A DNA stretch of 64,000 nucleotides from a virus (lineage: Duplodnaviria; Caudoviricetes): positions 12,579 through 76,578 of IMG/VR virus record IMGVR_UViG_3300033066_002431, one strand, 5' to 3'. A program made the position numbers and the translations under genes. This document shows, one piece after another, positions 37,052 through 46,733 of the stretch. The first letter of the stretch is position 1. The number at the start of each line of letters is the position of its first letter. A model generated the notes under the pieces. That model saw only the letters and a list, made by a program, of their open reading frames with translations, was not told the DNA's origin and did no database searches.

Positions 37052-40000
37052 TCACCCGTCGGTGAGGCGGTTGTAGAGCGCGCGGCCAAGGTCGGTCTCG
37101 AAGGCGGCCGACTCGCCGACGCCGGCCACCTCGAAGGCGGCGCTCGCGTCGATCCCGTCCGTTGCTTCGGCGACGACGCGCTTCTTCTGCAAGAGGTCGT
37201 TCGCGTCGGCCTGGATGGTGCCGCCGTAGACGAAGATCAGGAAGTCCACCTCTTCCGTCTGGCCGATGCGGACGAAGCGGCCGCGGAACTGCCGGAGCAA
37301 TGTCGGATCGTTGTTCGGATCATCGTAGATGCAGACCGTCGAGAAGTGCCCCACCAAGACGTTGAGGCCCTCGGGCAGGGCGGCCGGGTTGCACACGAGG
37401 ATCCGCGCGCCGTTCTCCTTGGCGTCGATCACCCATTCACGGCGGTTCTTGGCCGACACCTTCTTCGCGTCGAGATGCGCGATGGTGACGCCGGTCGCCT
37501 TCAGGATGCGCGCGAGCCGCTGTCCGAGCGCCGTGCGCACCGTCGCGACCACCACGTTGCGACCGCGCTCCAGAGCGGCACGGACCTCGCGCACGAGAGC
37601 CTCTTCCTTGGGGAGGAGCACCTTCGGGTCCATGCCGGGCTCGACGTGCAGCACGTGCGACTCACCGGCCATGTCCGTGTCTTCGGGGTAGGCGATCGTC
37701 CAGTCTCCGCCTGCGGTGTTGCCGAGGTCCGCCGTCGCGTGGTCGTAGTACCGGGGGAGGTGTCCGAGCGCCCCGAAGAGCTTGCCCGCTCGCCCTGCCT
37801 TGAAGCGGTCTTTCCCGATCGCCTCGCAGATTTTCCGCTGCATGAGGTCGGCGGCCTTCTTCATGGGCTCGCTCGGCGCGCACGACACGAGGCGCTCGTG
37901 AACGGGCGGGAGCGCGATCTCAAGGTCCGCGAGCTGCACGACCACGGAGATCGGCAGCAAGAAGCGCATGACCGCGGTGGGGAGCACGCCAGGGGCCGCG
38001 CCAGTCGTGCGCTCGCGGGTCGTCACGCGGTCGCTGTGCGTCCCGAAGACGACGCGCTTCTTGTTCTCGTCGACTTGCTCGACAACCTGCACGAGGAAGC
38101 CGTAGCGCCGCTCGAACTCGCCAACGTCGCCGTGCTCGAACTCCTGACGGAAGCGGCTCGACAAGTGCCAGAGCAGCACGAAGAGCGTGCGCGCGTAGCC
38201 GTTCATCACCGATCCGGTGAGGGCGATTACGGGGATTTTGCGGCGCGATCGAAGGCTCAAGAGCCTTGATGCCGCGCGGCTTTGTGCGCTGTCGCCGTTC
38301 TGGAACTTATGGAATTCGTCGATGATCATGAAGTCGAACAGGTGGGGTGCTCGCTTCAGGATGTACTTCGCAAGGGACACGCGCCGTGGGTTTGGGACCG
38401 CCTGGTAGAGCAACTCTCCGCACGTCTCTTCCTCCCACGCAGCGACCGTGGCGAGCCGCTCGATCGCGAACTTCAGGGCGTCGTCCGAGCCGCGCTTCCT
38501 GCCATCCAAGAGAGGCTCGTCGCCGTCGCAGCCGAAGCCGCGGAGGTCGTACGGGAAGGGGTCGCCGTTCTTCCACTCGGCTTTCCACTTCCCATCTCGG
38601 CGGAGCTTGTTCGCGGTGAGGATCTCGCTCCCGTTGAACAGCCGGTGAGGCTTGTTCCAGGCGTCGTGCCCCTCGTAGCGGCGCATCTCGCCGAGCGTGG
38701 ACGCGATGAGGGGCGACGACGGCGGCAGCAAGAGCAGCGTCTTTGCGGCGACGTCACGCACGCCCGCATCGTCACCGCCCCCGTAGCCGGCGCTCCGGCT
38801 TTCGAGCGTCGAACGGAAGAGCCGCATCGCCTCGCGCACGATCAAGGCGTCATCGCCGAGCGCGTGCAGCACGTTCCAGTATGCGAGCCGGAGGGTGGTC
38901 CCGCGCTCGTCGTACTTCGTGGTCTTCTCCACAAGACGCCGGAGAGGCTTCACGATGCCCCGCACCACGCCTGCAAGGTCGCGCCAGTCGGCGTCCTCCC
39001 GTCGCCACGCGCGCCGGAGGATGCGACCGCCCACGCGCCGGCATGCGTCTCGAAGCTGCGCGTCGTCGAGCTTGCCGCCGAGCACCGTCAGGCGAGCCAA
39101 GATGCGCGCCGGCCCGTTCGCGGGGGTCGTGATCGTGGTGCCGCACGACAGCCGTTGCTCGGCGAGCTTCTCGCGGCTCTCCGCCTGGAGAGCACCGCAC
39201 GCCCCGCACCGTGCGACGCCCTCCCACGCATGGCCGAGCTTCGCGGGCTCCTTCGAGAGCACGGCGATCTCCATGCCCTCCGCGCGCATCTCGGCGAAGG
39301 CGTCGATGTCGTTCACGCTCTCCAGGAACGTCACGCGCGCGTCCGGGAGCACCTTCGCCACCTCGCTCTTCCACTCGGGCAAAAGCGACGTCGGACAGAG
39401 CACGAGGACCTTCCCGACGCCCCCGAGGTAGTAGTACGCGGCGAGCAAGCTCATCCGGGTCTTGCCGACACCGATCTGTCCGAGCAACACGGCCGCCCGG
39501 TCCGGTTCCTCGAGTAGCCGTAGAAGCGCGCGAACACCGTCCTCCTGTCCGCCGAGGAGCGGATCCGGCGACACGGGGAAGAGCAGCCGATCCTTGTCCT
39601 CCTCGCGCGTCGGGTCGTAGAGAAGCTCGCACCGCGCGCGAAGGGCATCGAGCATGCTGCCGCTGTAGCGCGCGAGGAGATCGCCCACGGACCACTGCGC
39701 GGGATCCTCGTGACCGGACGGCTCCACGCTGGACACAAGCCGGTGATACCGACCCCGCGAGAGGTCCAAGATCGACAGTTGAAGCTCGGGATGGTGTTGC
39801 CGCTCTTCCGCGACGCGCTCCCCCTTCGCTTCCTTCCACCGGAGGTGCCGGAACGTGCGCCGGTGAACGCCCTTCAGGAGAAGCTCCGGTCCGCGCTGGC
39901 CCGCGTCGGGGGTGAGGCGCGCCCCAGAGAGGATGCCCGCACCGGCGGCCATGGCGATGTGCGCCGGCCGTGGTGGGCACGCCAGACGCAGCCGCGGGGC

Positions 40001-40897
40001 CATGATCTCCGTGTACGGGTCTTCGGGCTCCACGTTCGCGACGGCTTGCCGCTGCCCGGCGCGATCGGTGATCGTCCACGGCTGGTAGGCGGCGAGGATG
40101 GAGAGCAAGTCGACCTCACCCATCTTCCACGAAGGGGCCGCGGTCTCCGTCACCTTCACGGTGAGGTGTGCCCGGTGAAGGCCCTTCACGGGAAGCTCCG
40201 GGATGCTGGCGGCGTCCGCGCTCCACGCGCGCACCTGAGCAGCGATCGACGGCTCCGGCGTCGCCAAGGTCATCCGGCGCCGGCCGACGAGCACGACCTG
40301 CTTGAAGGCCTCGAAGTGGGGCGCGGGGACACGCCAGCACGCCACGTCCTCGAAGTGCCGTGCGATGGTGTCCGCGCTGTCGGCGAGCGTGTAGAACGGC
40401 ACGAAGTGAAGGATCGCGCCCCCCACCGTCACGAGCGGGGCGAAGCGGCGAAGCCAGCGCTCTTCGAGCCGGCGGTACTGGCGATCGAAGTCGTACGGGC
40501 AGTTGTGCCAGAGGATGTGGACGCCCTCGTTCGGGCTGTTGGCCAAGAGGAACGAGTCGCCGTGCGCGATCTCGTGCGAGAAGCCCGAGAACTGCCCGCT
40601 GTAGAGCGCGTTCCGAAGGCTGTGCCCGCGGGTCTCTTCCATCTCGCAGGCGAACACCTTCGCGTGCTGGCCCCATTGGGCTTCGCGACTGTCCTTCGGG
40701 CCGGAGAGCATGCCGGCCATCTGGATCCACTCGCGAGCGAGACCGACGACGGCATCGCCGGTGCCCGCGCACGGGTCCGCTACGAAGAGCTTCTCGCCGG
40801 CCTTCATGCTCACGCGCACGGTGGACGCGAGCGCGCGGTAAAGCTCGGGTGGTGCGGGGTAGAAGCCCCCCAGTGCAGTGCTCTCCGGTCTCGCCAT
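37052..40897 (-). CDS. methyltransferase (DUF6094-like)-SF2/SNF2 helicase fusion
   Basis: MARPES..GGFYP, DPCAGTG, WHNCPY; helicase motifs GQIGVGKT, DEFH, ALTGS, EGLNV, QFRGRFVRIGQ. Confidence 0.85.
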   Translation of the reverse strand: MARPESTALGGFYPAPPELYRALASTVRVSMKAGEKLFVADPCAGTGDAVVGLAREWIQMAGMLSGPKDSREAQWGQHAKVFACEMEETRGHSLRNALYSGQFSGFSHEIAHGDSFLLANSPNEGVHILWHNCPYDFDRQYRRLEERWLRRFAPLVTVGGAILHFVPFYTLADSADTIARHFEDVACWRVPAPHFEAFKQVVLVGRRRMTLATPEPSIAAQVRAWSADAASIPELPVKGLHRAHLTVKVTETAAPSWKMGEVDLLSILAAYQPWTITDRAGQRQAVANVEPEDPYTEIMAPRLRLACPPRPAHIAMAAGAGILSGARLTPDAGQRGPELLLKGVHRRTFRHLRWKEAKGERVAEERQHHPELQLSILDLSRGRYHRLVSSVEPSGHEDPAQWSVGDLLARYSGSMLDALRARCELLYDPTREEDKDRLLFPVSPDPLLGGQEDGVRALLRLLEEPDRAAVLLGQIGVGKTRMSLLAAYYYLGGVGKVLVLCPTSLLPEWKSEVAKVLPDARVTFLESVNDIDAFAEMRAEGMEIAVLSKEPAKLGHAWEGVARCGACGALQAESREKLAEQRLSCGTTITTPANGPARILARLTVLGGKLDDAQLRDACRRVGGRILRRAWRREDADWRDLAGVVRGIVKPLRRLVEKTTKYDERGTTLRLAYWNVLHALGDDALIVREAMRLFRSTLESRSAGYGGGDDAGVRDVAAKTLLLLPPSSPLIASTLGEMRRYEGHDAWNKPHRLFNGSEILTANKLRRDGKWKAEWKNGDPFPYDLRGFGCDGDEPLLDGRKRGSDDALKFAIERLATVAAWEEETCGELLYQAVPNPRRVSLAKYILKRAPHLFDFMIIDEFHKFQNGDSAQSRAASRLLSLRSRRKIPVIALTGSVMNGYARTLFVLLWHLSSRFRQEFEHGDVGEFERRYGFLVQVVEQVDENKKRVVFGTHSDRVTTRERTTGAAPGVLPTAVMRFLLPISVVVQLADLEIALPPVHERLVSCAPSEPMKKAADLMQRKICEAIGKDRFKAGRAGKLFGALGHLPRYYDHATADLGNTAGGDWTIAYPEDTDMAGESHVLHVEPGMDPKVLLPKEEALVREVRAALERGRNVVVATVRTALGQRLARILKATGVTIAHLDAKKVSAKNRREWVIDAKENGARILVCNPAALPEGLNVLVGHFSTVCIYDDPNNDPTLLRQFRGRFVRIGQTEEVDFLIFVYGGTIQADANDLLQKKRVVAEATDGIDASAAFEVAGVGESAAFETDLGRALYNRLTDG

Positions 40898-40929
40898 GTC
40901 GCGCTCTCCCTGTAAAGGTGAAGAGCGCG

Positions 40930-40958
40930 AAGATAAGAACGCGCGCGCAGTCTGTCAA
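40930..40958 (-). promoter_or_regulatory. sigma70-type promoter TTGACA-N17-TATCTT
   Basis: Read on the minus strand; the -35 box overlaps the TGA of the upstream gene. Confidence 0.7.
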
Positions 40959-41848
40959 AACTTCTCGTGCGCCATCACTTCGCGCGCGAGCCATTCCGCG
41001 ACGTCGGTCTGAGACATCTTGAAGGCGAGCCCCGGCGCACGGCGCGCGAGCCCCATCCCCGTCTCGGCGAAGTGGACGTCGTGATCGGTGAGGGAGAAGC
41101 CCCACCGCTTGCGCTGGCTCCGCTTCACCTGTCCTCCCCGAAGCGCAGCGAGGAGAAGCCGCGTGCAGAACATCGGGTCCGGGGGGATCGGTAGCTCGCT
41201 CCGCTCGTTCAGCGAGGCGGCGAACCGCACGCTCTCCGCGATGATGGTGCGGCGGTCGACCGTGAACGGGTTCACCGCGAAGGTGTAGTCGTCGCGGCTG
41301 TCTTTCTCCGGCCGCTGGTAGAGCGCGATCAGCCGTTCGAGCGCTCGCAGGTTCGCAGGCGTGTTGAAGCGCGCTGCCTCTTCCTCAAGTCGCTCCGCCG
41401 GGAGGGAGAGCACGAACACGATCTCGTCGCTGCTCATGCCCGGCTTGAACTCGAAGAGCGGCCGGAGGAAGGCTTCGATCAACGCCATCGGCTGCGGCTC
41501 GCCCGCGTGCTCGACGGTGACGTGCTGGACGGCGAACTCGTAGCCGGCGCTCTTCAGGAAGACGAGCGGGTGACCCTCGCTGCGAGAGGACGACCCCATC
41601 CCCATCGCCCGGAGCTTCCGGCCCGCCCGCACGTTCGCCAGGAAGGCGCTCGCAGCCGCGCGCGAGCACGTGAAGAGCGCGAACGTGGGCCGGAGCGGGT
41701 CCTTCTCCGAAAGCTCCCAATACCCCTGCGCGTACTGGATAGCGACGAGCATCGCGCCGAAGCTCCGGCCCTTCGGTTCGGAGCGGTACCGACGCCGGCC
41801 GGTCGCCTCGCCGGTCTCGACGAGCACGGGGTAGGGTCCGTCGCTCAC
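40955..41848 (-). CDS. hypothetical protein upstream of the MTase-helicase
   Basis: GTG at 41848 overlaps the upstream TGA; 297 aa; FALFTCSRAAASAFLANVRAGR. Confidence 0.7.
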   Translation of the reverse strand: MSDGPYPVLVETGEATGRRRYRSEPKGRSFGAMLVAIQYAQGYWELSEKDPLRPTFALFTCSRAAASAFLANVRAGRKLRAMGMGSSSRSEGHPLVFLKSAGYEFAVQHVTVEHAGEPQPMALIEAFLRPLFEFKPGMSSDEIVFVLSLPAERLEEEAARFNTPANLRALERLIALYQRPEKDSRDDYTFAVNPFTVDRRTIIAESVRFAASLNERSELPIPPDPMFCTRLLLAALRGGQVKRSQRKRWGFSLTDHDVHFAETGMGLARRAPGLAFKMSQTDVAEWLAREVMAHEKF

Positions 41849-42885
41849 TTCTTCGGCGCCTTCTTCTTCGACGTCGTGACCTCGGCGAGCAGCGGCTTGA
41901 ACTCGTCGGGGATCTCGCCACCGAGCCCCCCGGCGATACGAAGCCCGGCCTCGAACGCCCCCATGCGCAGGTTCGTCTTCGCCTGGCGAGCGGCCGCGAG
42001 AACCAGCTCCGTCAGCGCGCGCCGCTCGAGCTTCTTCGGGGCCACCCCTTTCTCGACCGACTTCTTCGCCTTGTCCTTGTTCGTGGCCCGCGTTGCGGCC
42101 GCCGTCGTGGTGGCGCCGCTGGCCATGAGCATCTCGGCGGTCTCGATCTGCTTCTCGGGCATGGCGTCGAGCACCTTGGGGAGGAGCGCGAGCGGGATCT
42201 CGCCCGAGTCGAACCGCGGCCGGAGCGCCGGCACGAGGTTCCCCCAGCGCGACAGAGCCTCCATCTCGGCGGGGGACACGCGCGGGCGCATGCTGCGGAA
42301 GACGACGTCCATGTCCGCACCGCAGCGCTTTGCAGCCGCGATGGAGGCGGCGAGGACGGACGCCGAGTCGGGCAGGTTGCGCGGGTTGTTCGCCTGCAAG
42401 CGGGCGATCCAAAGCTCCGCGTCCGTCCCGGCGAAGGTCTTCAGCTCGACCCAGAGGTGCCAGGGCGCGTCGGCATCCGCCTTCGGATCGGGCGCGAGGG
42501 GCGCCGCGCGAGGGGCCGTGCGCCGGAGGTACGCCTGCACGAGCAGCGCGTTCTTGAGGCGCCGTGCGCCGTCGATCACTTCGAGCACGAGCGTCTCATC
42601 GCCGGGGAGCGTGGTCCAGCTTGCCACGACCTCGCCGGTCTTCTCGTTCACGGTGAAGGTCGGGCGCCCCTCCCTCACGCCGCGCTCGCGCACCGTGAAG
42701 TCCTCGGGGATGCCGTGCTTCTGGATCACCTCCTGAAGCTCCGCGTCGGGCGGGAGCATCCAGCGTGGGTGGGCCGTGTCCCCCTCGGTGATGATCGACA
42801 AGCTGTCGATCGTCGCCTTGGTGATGGAGCCCTTCTTGGTTGGGATGCCCTTCGAGCGGAGACGATCGGATTCGCTGAGACCCAT
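41845..42885 (-). CDS. ParB/Srx-fold-like protein
   Basis: LQEVIQKHGI...LEVIDGARRLKNA ParB-like motif followed by a helical domain. Confidence 0.65.
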   Translation of the reverse strand: MGLSESDRLRSKGIPTKKGSITKATIDSLSIITEGDTAHPRWMLPPDAELQEVIQKHGIPEDFTVRERGVREGRPTFTVNEKTGEVVASWTTLPGDETLVLEVIDGARRLKNALLVQAYLRRTAPRAAPLAPDPKADADAPWHLWVELKTFAGTDAELWIARLQANNPRNLPDSASVLAASIAAAKRCGADMDVVFRSMRPRVSPAEMEALSRWGNLVPALRPRFDSGEIPLALLPKVLDAMPEKQIETAEMLMASGATTTAAATRATNKDKAKKSVEKGVAPKKLERRALTELVLAAARQAKTNLRMGAFEAGLRIAGGLGGEIPDEFKPLLAEVTTSKKKAPKK

Positions 42886-42910
42886 GGTAGTCCTCTTCTG
42901 TAGAACGTAC

Positions 42911-42939
42911 GTGATAAGAGCGCGATTGCGGATTGTCTA
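42911..42939 (-). promoter_or_regulatory. promoter TAGACA-N17-TATCAC
   Basis: The -35 box overlaps the TAG stop of 42937..43368. Confidence 0.65.
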
Positions 42940-43368
42940 TCCGTTCGGCGGCGGCGGGAGGTCGTCCGTGCTGGGGATGGCGCCGCCCGTGCCGACGAGC
43001 CGAGCGGCGAGGTCATCGGCGACGCGCCCATACCAGATCGCTCCACGCTCGCCGCGCGGCCACGTCTCCGATCGCACCTTCGCGACCGGATCGATACCGA
43101 ACGCGATGAAGGCGGCGTAGGCGTGCGAAAGAGCGGACGCCGCCCCCTGAAGATCCAGCCAGCCACGCGACAGGGGAGCCCCGGCATCCATCGCGCACAT
43201 GTTGTCGGCGAGGACGAGCACGTGCGCCCGGCTGTAGTCGTCGACCGCGCGCAAGAGGCGGTCCGCCGTGGGAGAGGCGCGGCGACGGGCGCGCTCGTTT
43301 TCCTTCTCGGAGTTTTCCTTCTCGGAGGTGCGGTCGATGGGAGCGGTGAGCGGGTTCACGTGGTCCAT
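42937..43368 (-). CDS. hypothetical protein
   Basis: ATG with GAAAGGA RBS; 143 aa. Confidence 0.6.
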   Translation of the reverse strand: MDHVNPLTAPIDRTSEKENSEKENERARRRASPTADRLLRAVDDYSRAHVLVLADNMCAMDAGAPLSRGWLDLQGAASALSHAYAAFIAFGIDPVAKVRSETWPRGERGAIWYGRVADDLAARLVGTGGAIPSTDDLPPPPNG

Positions 43369-43378
43369 GGTGGTCCTT

Positions 43379-43759
43379 TCAGGGAGCGAGCATGCGGTAG
43401 ACGGTGTCGGCGAGGTCGCGCACGGAGTCGCACGCCTTCTCGTCGCTGTAGCGGGCCGCCATCCGGTAGCAGAGCGCCATGCGCCGCAGGGCACCAGACA
43501 GCGGGATGAGCGTGGCGACGTCCATCGCCTCGCCCTCCGCGGGGAGGAGCTTCAAGAAGCTTTCCGTGGCGAAGACGGCCATCTCGTGACCGTCGGGGAG
43601 AGGCAGCTTGCGAGCACGACGCACCACCTCGGCGATGCGTGCCGCGGGGTCGACTTCGGCGACGGCCGACACGGGGACCGGCGTCACGTCCGCCGGGGCG
43701 TGCGCCTTCATGTGAGCGGCGAAATCGCGGGGGTTCATGCGGCACGTTCGGAACGACAT
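43379..43759 (-). CDS. hypothetical protein (probably leaderless)
   Basis: ATG lies 6 nt downstream of the -10 box. Confidence 0.6.
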   Translation of the reverse strand: MSFRTCRMNPRDFAAHMKAHAPADVTPVPVSAVAEVDPAARIAEVVRRARKLPLPDGHEMAVFATESFLKLLPAEGEAMDVATLIPLSGALRRMALCYRMAARYSDEKACDSVRDLADTVYRMLAP

Positions 43760-43765
43760 GGGTAA

Positions 43766-43794
43766 GTGATAAGACAGCGAGCGCACGTTGTCAA
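43766..43794 (-). promoter_or_regulatory. promoter TTGACA-N17-TATCAC
   Basis: Exact -35 consensus with a 17-nt spacer. Confidence 0.75.
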
Positions 43795-43865
43795 GAAAAA
43801 CGACCGGGCCTCTCGACAGGGATCGCGCTCGGCCGCACTCTCTCGCTCACCAAAGGAGCCTTCCC

Positions 43866-44486
43866 ATGCCCACCGTCCCCCTCTCGCTCTTCGTAGACTT
43901 CATGCTGATGGCCGGCACCGGCCGGATCGAGCACGCGCGCACTTTCAAGAAGACCGGCGCCGTGGAGAGCTTCTACAAGCCGCTCGTCGACTTGTTGGTG
44001 GGCGCGCACAGCGCGGGCCTTCCCATCAGGGAGACGATCGACGCCTTCATCTCGACTCGCATCGAAGAGCGCGAGCGGCGCATGTTCACCATCGTCGAGC
44101 GCGGCTACCTGAAGTTCCTCGAGACGCACCTGGATGTGGCCGGCGAGGAGCCGAGGTGGTTCGAGCCGCCCCTGCGGGACTACCCGATCGGCCAGCTCAC
44201 CGTGCGCGTCGCCCCCGAGCTTGGCCTGCTCATCCAGGGCCGCCCGCACGTGATCAAGCTCTACCTCCGTGCGAACCCCATCAACCCACAGCAGATCGCC
44301 CTCACCACCACGCTGCTCACGAACGCGCTCCAGACGACGTGGCCGGGGACGAACTTCGGTGTGCTCGACGTGCGGCGAGGTCGGCTCTTCACGCACCGCA
44401 GCGACAAGGGCGACCTCCCCACGCTGGTGAAGGCCGAAGCGGCGACCTTCGCGGCCCTCTATGACGGCGTGACGGTGGGCCGATGA
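43866..44486 (+). CDS. hypothetical protein
   Basis: AAGGAG RBS; 206 aa with globular composition. Confidence 0.7.
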   Translation: MPTVPLSLFVDFMLMAGTGRIEHARTFKKTGAVESFYKPLVDLLVGAHSAGLPIRETIDAFISTRIEERERRMFTIVERGYLKFLETHLDVAGEEPRWFEPPLRDYPIGQLTVRVAPELGLLIQGRPHVIKLYLRANPINPQQIALTTTLLTNALQTTWPGTNFGVLDVRRGRLFTHRSDKGDLPTLVKAEAATFAALYDGVTVGR

Positions 44487-44588
44487 AGCCCGGCGTGGAC
44501 GACTACCCGCCTGGAGTCCCTCTGCGCGGCTGCGGCGTCTTGCTGGTCATCGTCATCATGACGGCGATCGTTTACCCGCTTCTTCAGA

Positions 44589-45206
44589 TCATCCCAGGTG
44601 AGCCGCCCACGACCCGAGGATCCGATCGGGCGTCACGAGCCACGGCGCGATCCTCGGGTGCTCGATCCTGAGCTTCTCCACCGCGCTCCACGCTGCGGTG
44701 ACCGCGCCCCACCTCTCCTCGCCCTCCCCTCTCGACTTCAGCAAAGCCGTGGCGACCGCCTGCCCGGCGTGCGTGATGTCGTCGCGCAGCTCGGGGCACG
44801 CTCGCAGAAGCGACAGCAGCGCCAGCCGTGTGTTCGAGAGGTCGTCTACGAGATCATCGCTCCGGCCGATCGGGTCCACGCGGTCTGCCAGCGAGCCGGT
44901 GAGGCCTCTCCGCGCGCGCACGGTGGTGACGGGCACCTTCGCCCGGATGCACAGCACGCCGGCTGCCAGCGCCTTGTGGGTGAGCCGCATCGGGTCTGTC
45001 CCGACGGCGAACACGAGGCCCACGTCCGCGCGCAGCGCTCTGTCGCGCCGAAGCTCCAAGGTGAAGCGCTGAACGCGGTCATCCCAGCCAGCGAGCACGC
45101 TGGTGCTCTCGACGATGACGGTGGTGGGAGAGACTTGGGCGACGAGCTCGACGGGCGTTGCGTCCGTGTCGGGCCAGTCCGCGTCGACGTGGAGGAAGAG
45201 GCGCAT
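44589..45206 (-). CDS. hypothetical protein
   Basis: 205-aa ORF with GC-rich third positions. Confidence 0.55.
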   Translation of the reverse strand: MRLFLHVDADWPDTDATPVELVAQVSPTTVIVESTSVLAGWDDRVQRFTLELRRDRALRADVGLVFAVGTDPMRLTHKALAAGVLCIRAKVPVTTVRARRGLTGSLADRVDPIGRSDDLVDDLSNTRLALLSLLRACPELRDDITHAGQAVATALLKSRGEGEERWGAVTAAWSAVEKLRIEHPRIAPWLVTPDRILGSWAAHLG

Positions 45207-45233
45207 CGCCTGACCGTAAGGCCGGGCCCAGCA

Positions 45234-45950
45234 TCAGCCAGCGGGCTTACGGCGGACCACGGTTACCTCGACTTCCACCGCGGCCTTCTTGCCCTTCTGG
45301 TAGGGGCTCTTCCCCTTGCTCTTGCCGCCCTTGCCCTTCTTCGGCTCGCGCGGCGGGCGTACGGGCTTCGGCTTCGGGGGCAGGATGAACCGCTTCGGCA
45401 CGTGCCTCCCTTCGGCGGTGAGCCGCTTCACGATCCGCCTGTACTTCTTCCTGCGCGCGTCGGCGATCTCGGGGAGCGGCACCGGGGACGGCGCCGGCAT
45501 GAAGAGCATCCGCGGCTGCGGGCGCTGCCAGTGGTCGCGATCGAAGATCCACAGGTAGCCGCGTCTGGAAAGCTCCTCTTGCCGGCGGCTCTTGAGGGCG
45601 CGGCTACGGACCACCGCGAAGAAGCGAGCGCCGAGCGTGCGCGGCTTGCCGTCGCTCTTGCGGGTGGTGACCCACGGCAGCGTGCTGGTGTTCGCCGTGC
45701 GCTCCGCGTCGAGCATCCAGGCCTTGCCGAAGAAGGCGTTGAGCCGTGCGAGCTGCAAGAGGGGGCGCGGGTTCGTCTCCCCGAGGCGCTGCGCGAGAAG
45801 CGCGAGCTGCTTGTCGGTGAGGACGGGCGCGCCGGTGCTCTGCGGGAGCGCTCCGGTCTTGCGAGCTTGGAGGTAGACGGTGTGCGCGTCGGGCTCGCCC
45901 TTCGGAGGGCGGACGCGCGGCGTGTGCTGCACGCGAGGGTGGCGATACAT
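45234..45950 (-). CDS. PHAX RNA-binding-domain-like protein with a basic tail
   Basis: LAQRLGETNPRPLLQLARL...DGKPRTLGARFFAVVR resembles the PHAX RBD motif (L.E......I......G...RT.GG.FF). Confidence 0.55.
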   Translation of the reverse strand: MYRHPRVQHTPRVRPPKGEPDAHTVYLQARKTGALPQSTGAPVLTDKQLALLAQRLGETNPRPLLQLARLNAFFGKAWMLDAERTANTSTLPWVTTRKSDGKPRTLGARFFAVVRSRALKSRRQEELSRRGYLWIFDRDHWQRPQPRMLFMPAPSPVPLPEIADARRKKYRRIVKRLTAEGRHVPKRFILPPKPKPVRPPREPKKGKGGKSKGKSPYQKGKKAAVEVEVTVVRRKPAG

Positions 45951-45980
45951 GCGGAGAGAGTAGGTCGCGCGGGCGAAGTG

Positions 45981-46733
45981 TCAGGTGTTCGCGAGCGTCT
46001 GAAGTGAGCGCGCGAGCACGCGGCGCTGCGCGTGAGACATGGTCGCGAAGTTGTCGCGGTTCGACCGGATCTCGGGGCCGGCGTCGAGCGACTCGACCTC
46101 GATCAGGTTGTCGAACGCGGGGCCGATGCGATCGAAGAAGAGCGACTGAGACACCACCGCGCTGGGAGCCTCTTCGCAGGCAGTCACGAACGCGTTGATC
46201 AAGATCGCGAGCGCCCGACGCTTCTCCCGCAGCACCTTCCCCCGGTGCGCCGCGCCACCGGCCGCCGGTTCGCCCGCGACCTCGGCAAAGACGTCCGTCG
46301 ACACGGCGTCTTGCACGGCGTTCGTCGGGACCACCTTCACGAAGTCGACGAGCATCGCGCTGCTGTCCTGAAGCATCCCGTCCACGACCTCGATCAACAC
46401 GGCTCGCGTATCGTCGCGCGGCTCGCGCTTCACGGCGTCGAGCACCATGCGCGCCGCCATGTTCCACAGGCCTGCCCCGAAGAAGAGGTAGGTCTCGGCG
46501 TCGATCGGCGTGACCTTCATGCTCGCGCACAGAGCCAACGCAGCACGCGCGCGAGTCGCCGTGGCCTCGTTCCGTGAGAGCGCATCGAACAGCCCGACGA
46601 GCACGCCGGCCGGCAGCGACCGGAAGGCATCCGCGGCGATGGTCTTGAGCGCGCCGTAGCGCAGCACGTCGGGGAGGCGCCCCGCAGCCATCGCGCGCTC
46701 GGTCATCTCGGTGAGCATCTCGGCGGCGGTCAC
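45981..46733 (-). CDS. hypothetical all-alpha protein
   Basis: GTG at 46733 overlaps the upstream TGA; 250 aa. Confidence 0.65.
   Translation of the reverse strand: MTAAEMLTEMTERAMAAGRLPDVLRYGALKTIAADAFRSLPAGVLVGLFDALSRNEATATRARAALALCASMKVTPIDAETYLFFGAGLWNMAARMVLDAVKREPRDDTRAVLIEVVDGMLQDSSAMLVDFVKVVPTNAVQDAVSTDVFAEVAGEPAAGGAAHRGKVLREKRRALAILINAFVTACEEAPSAVVSQSLFFDRIGPAFDNLIEVESLDAGPEIRSNRDNFATMSHAQRRVLARSLQTLANT

Noticed and set aside
45234-45950. ProQ/FinO assignment
   Set aside because: The ProQ core motifs (PLKIGI, Y...RY) are absent; a PHAX-like pattern fits better.
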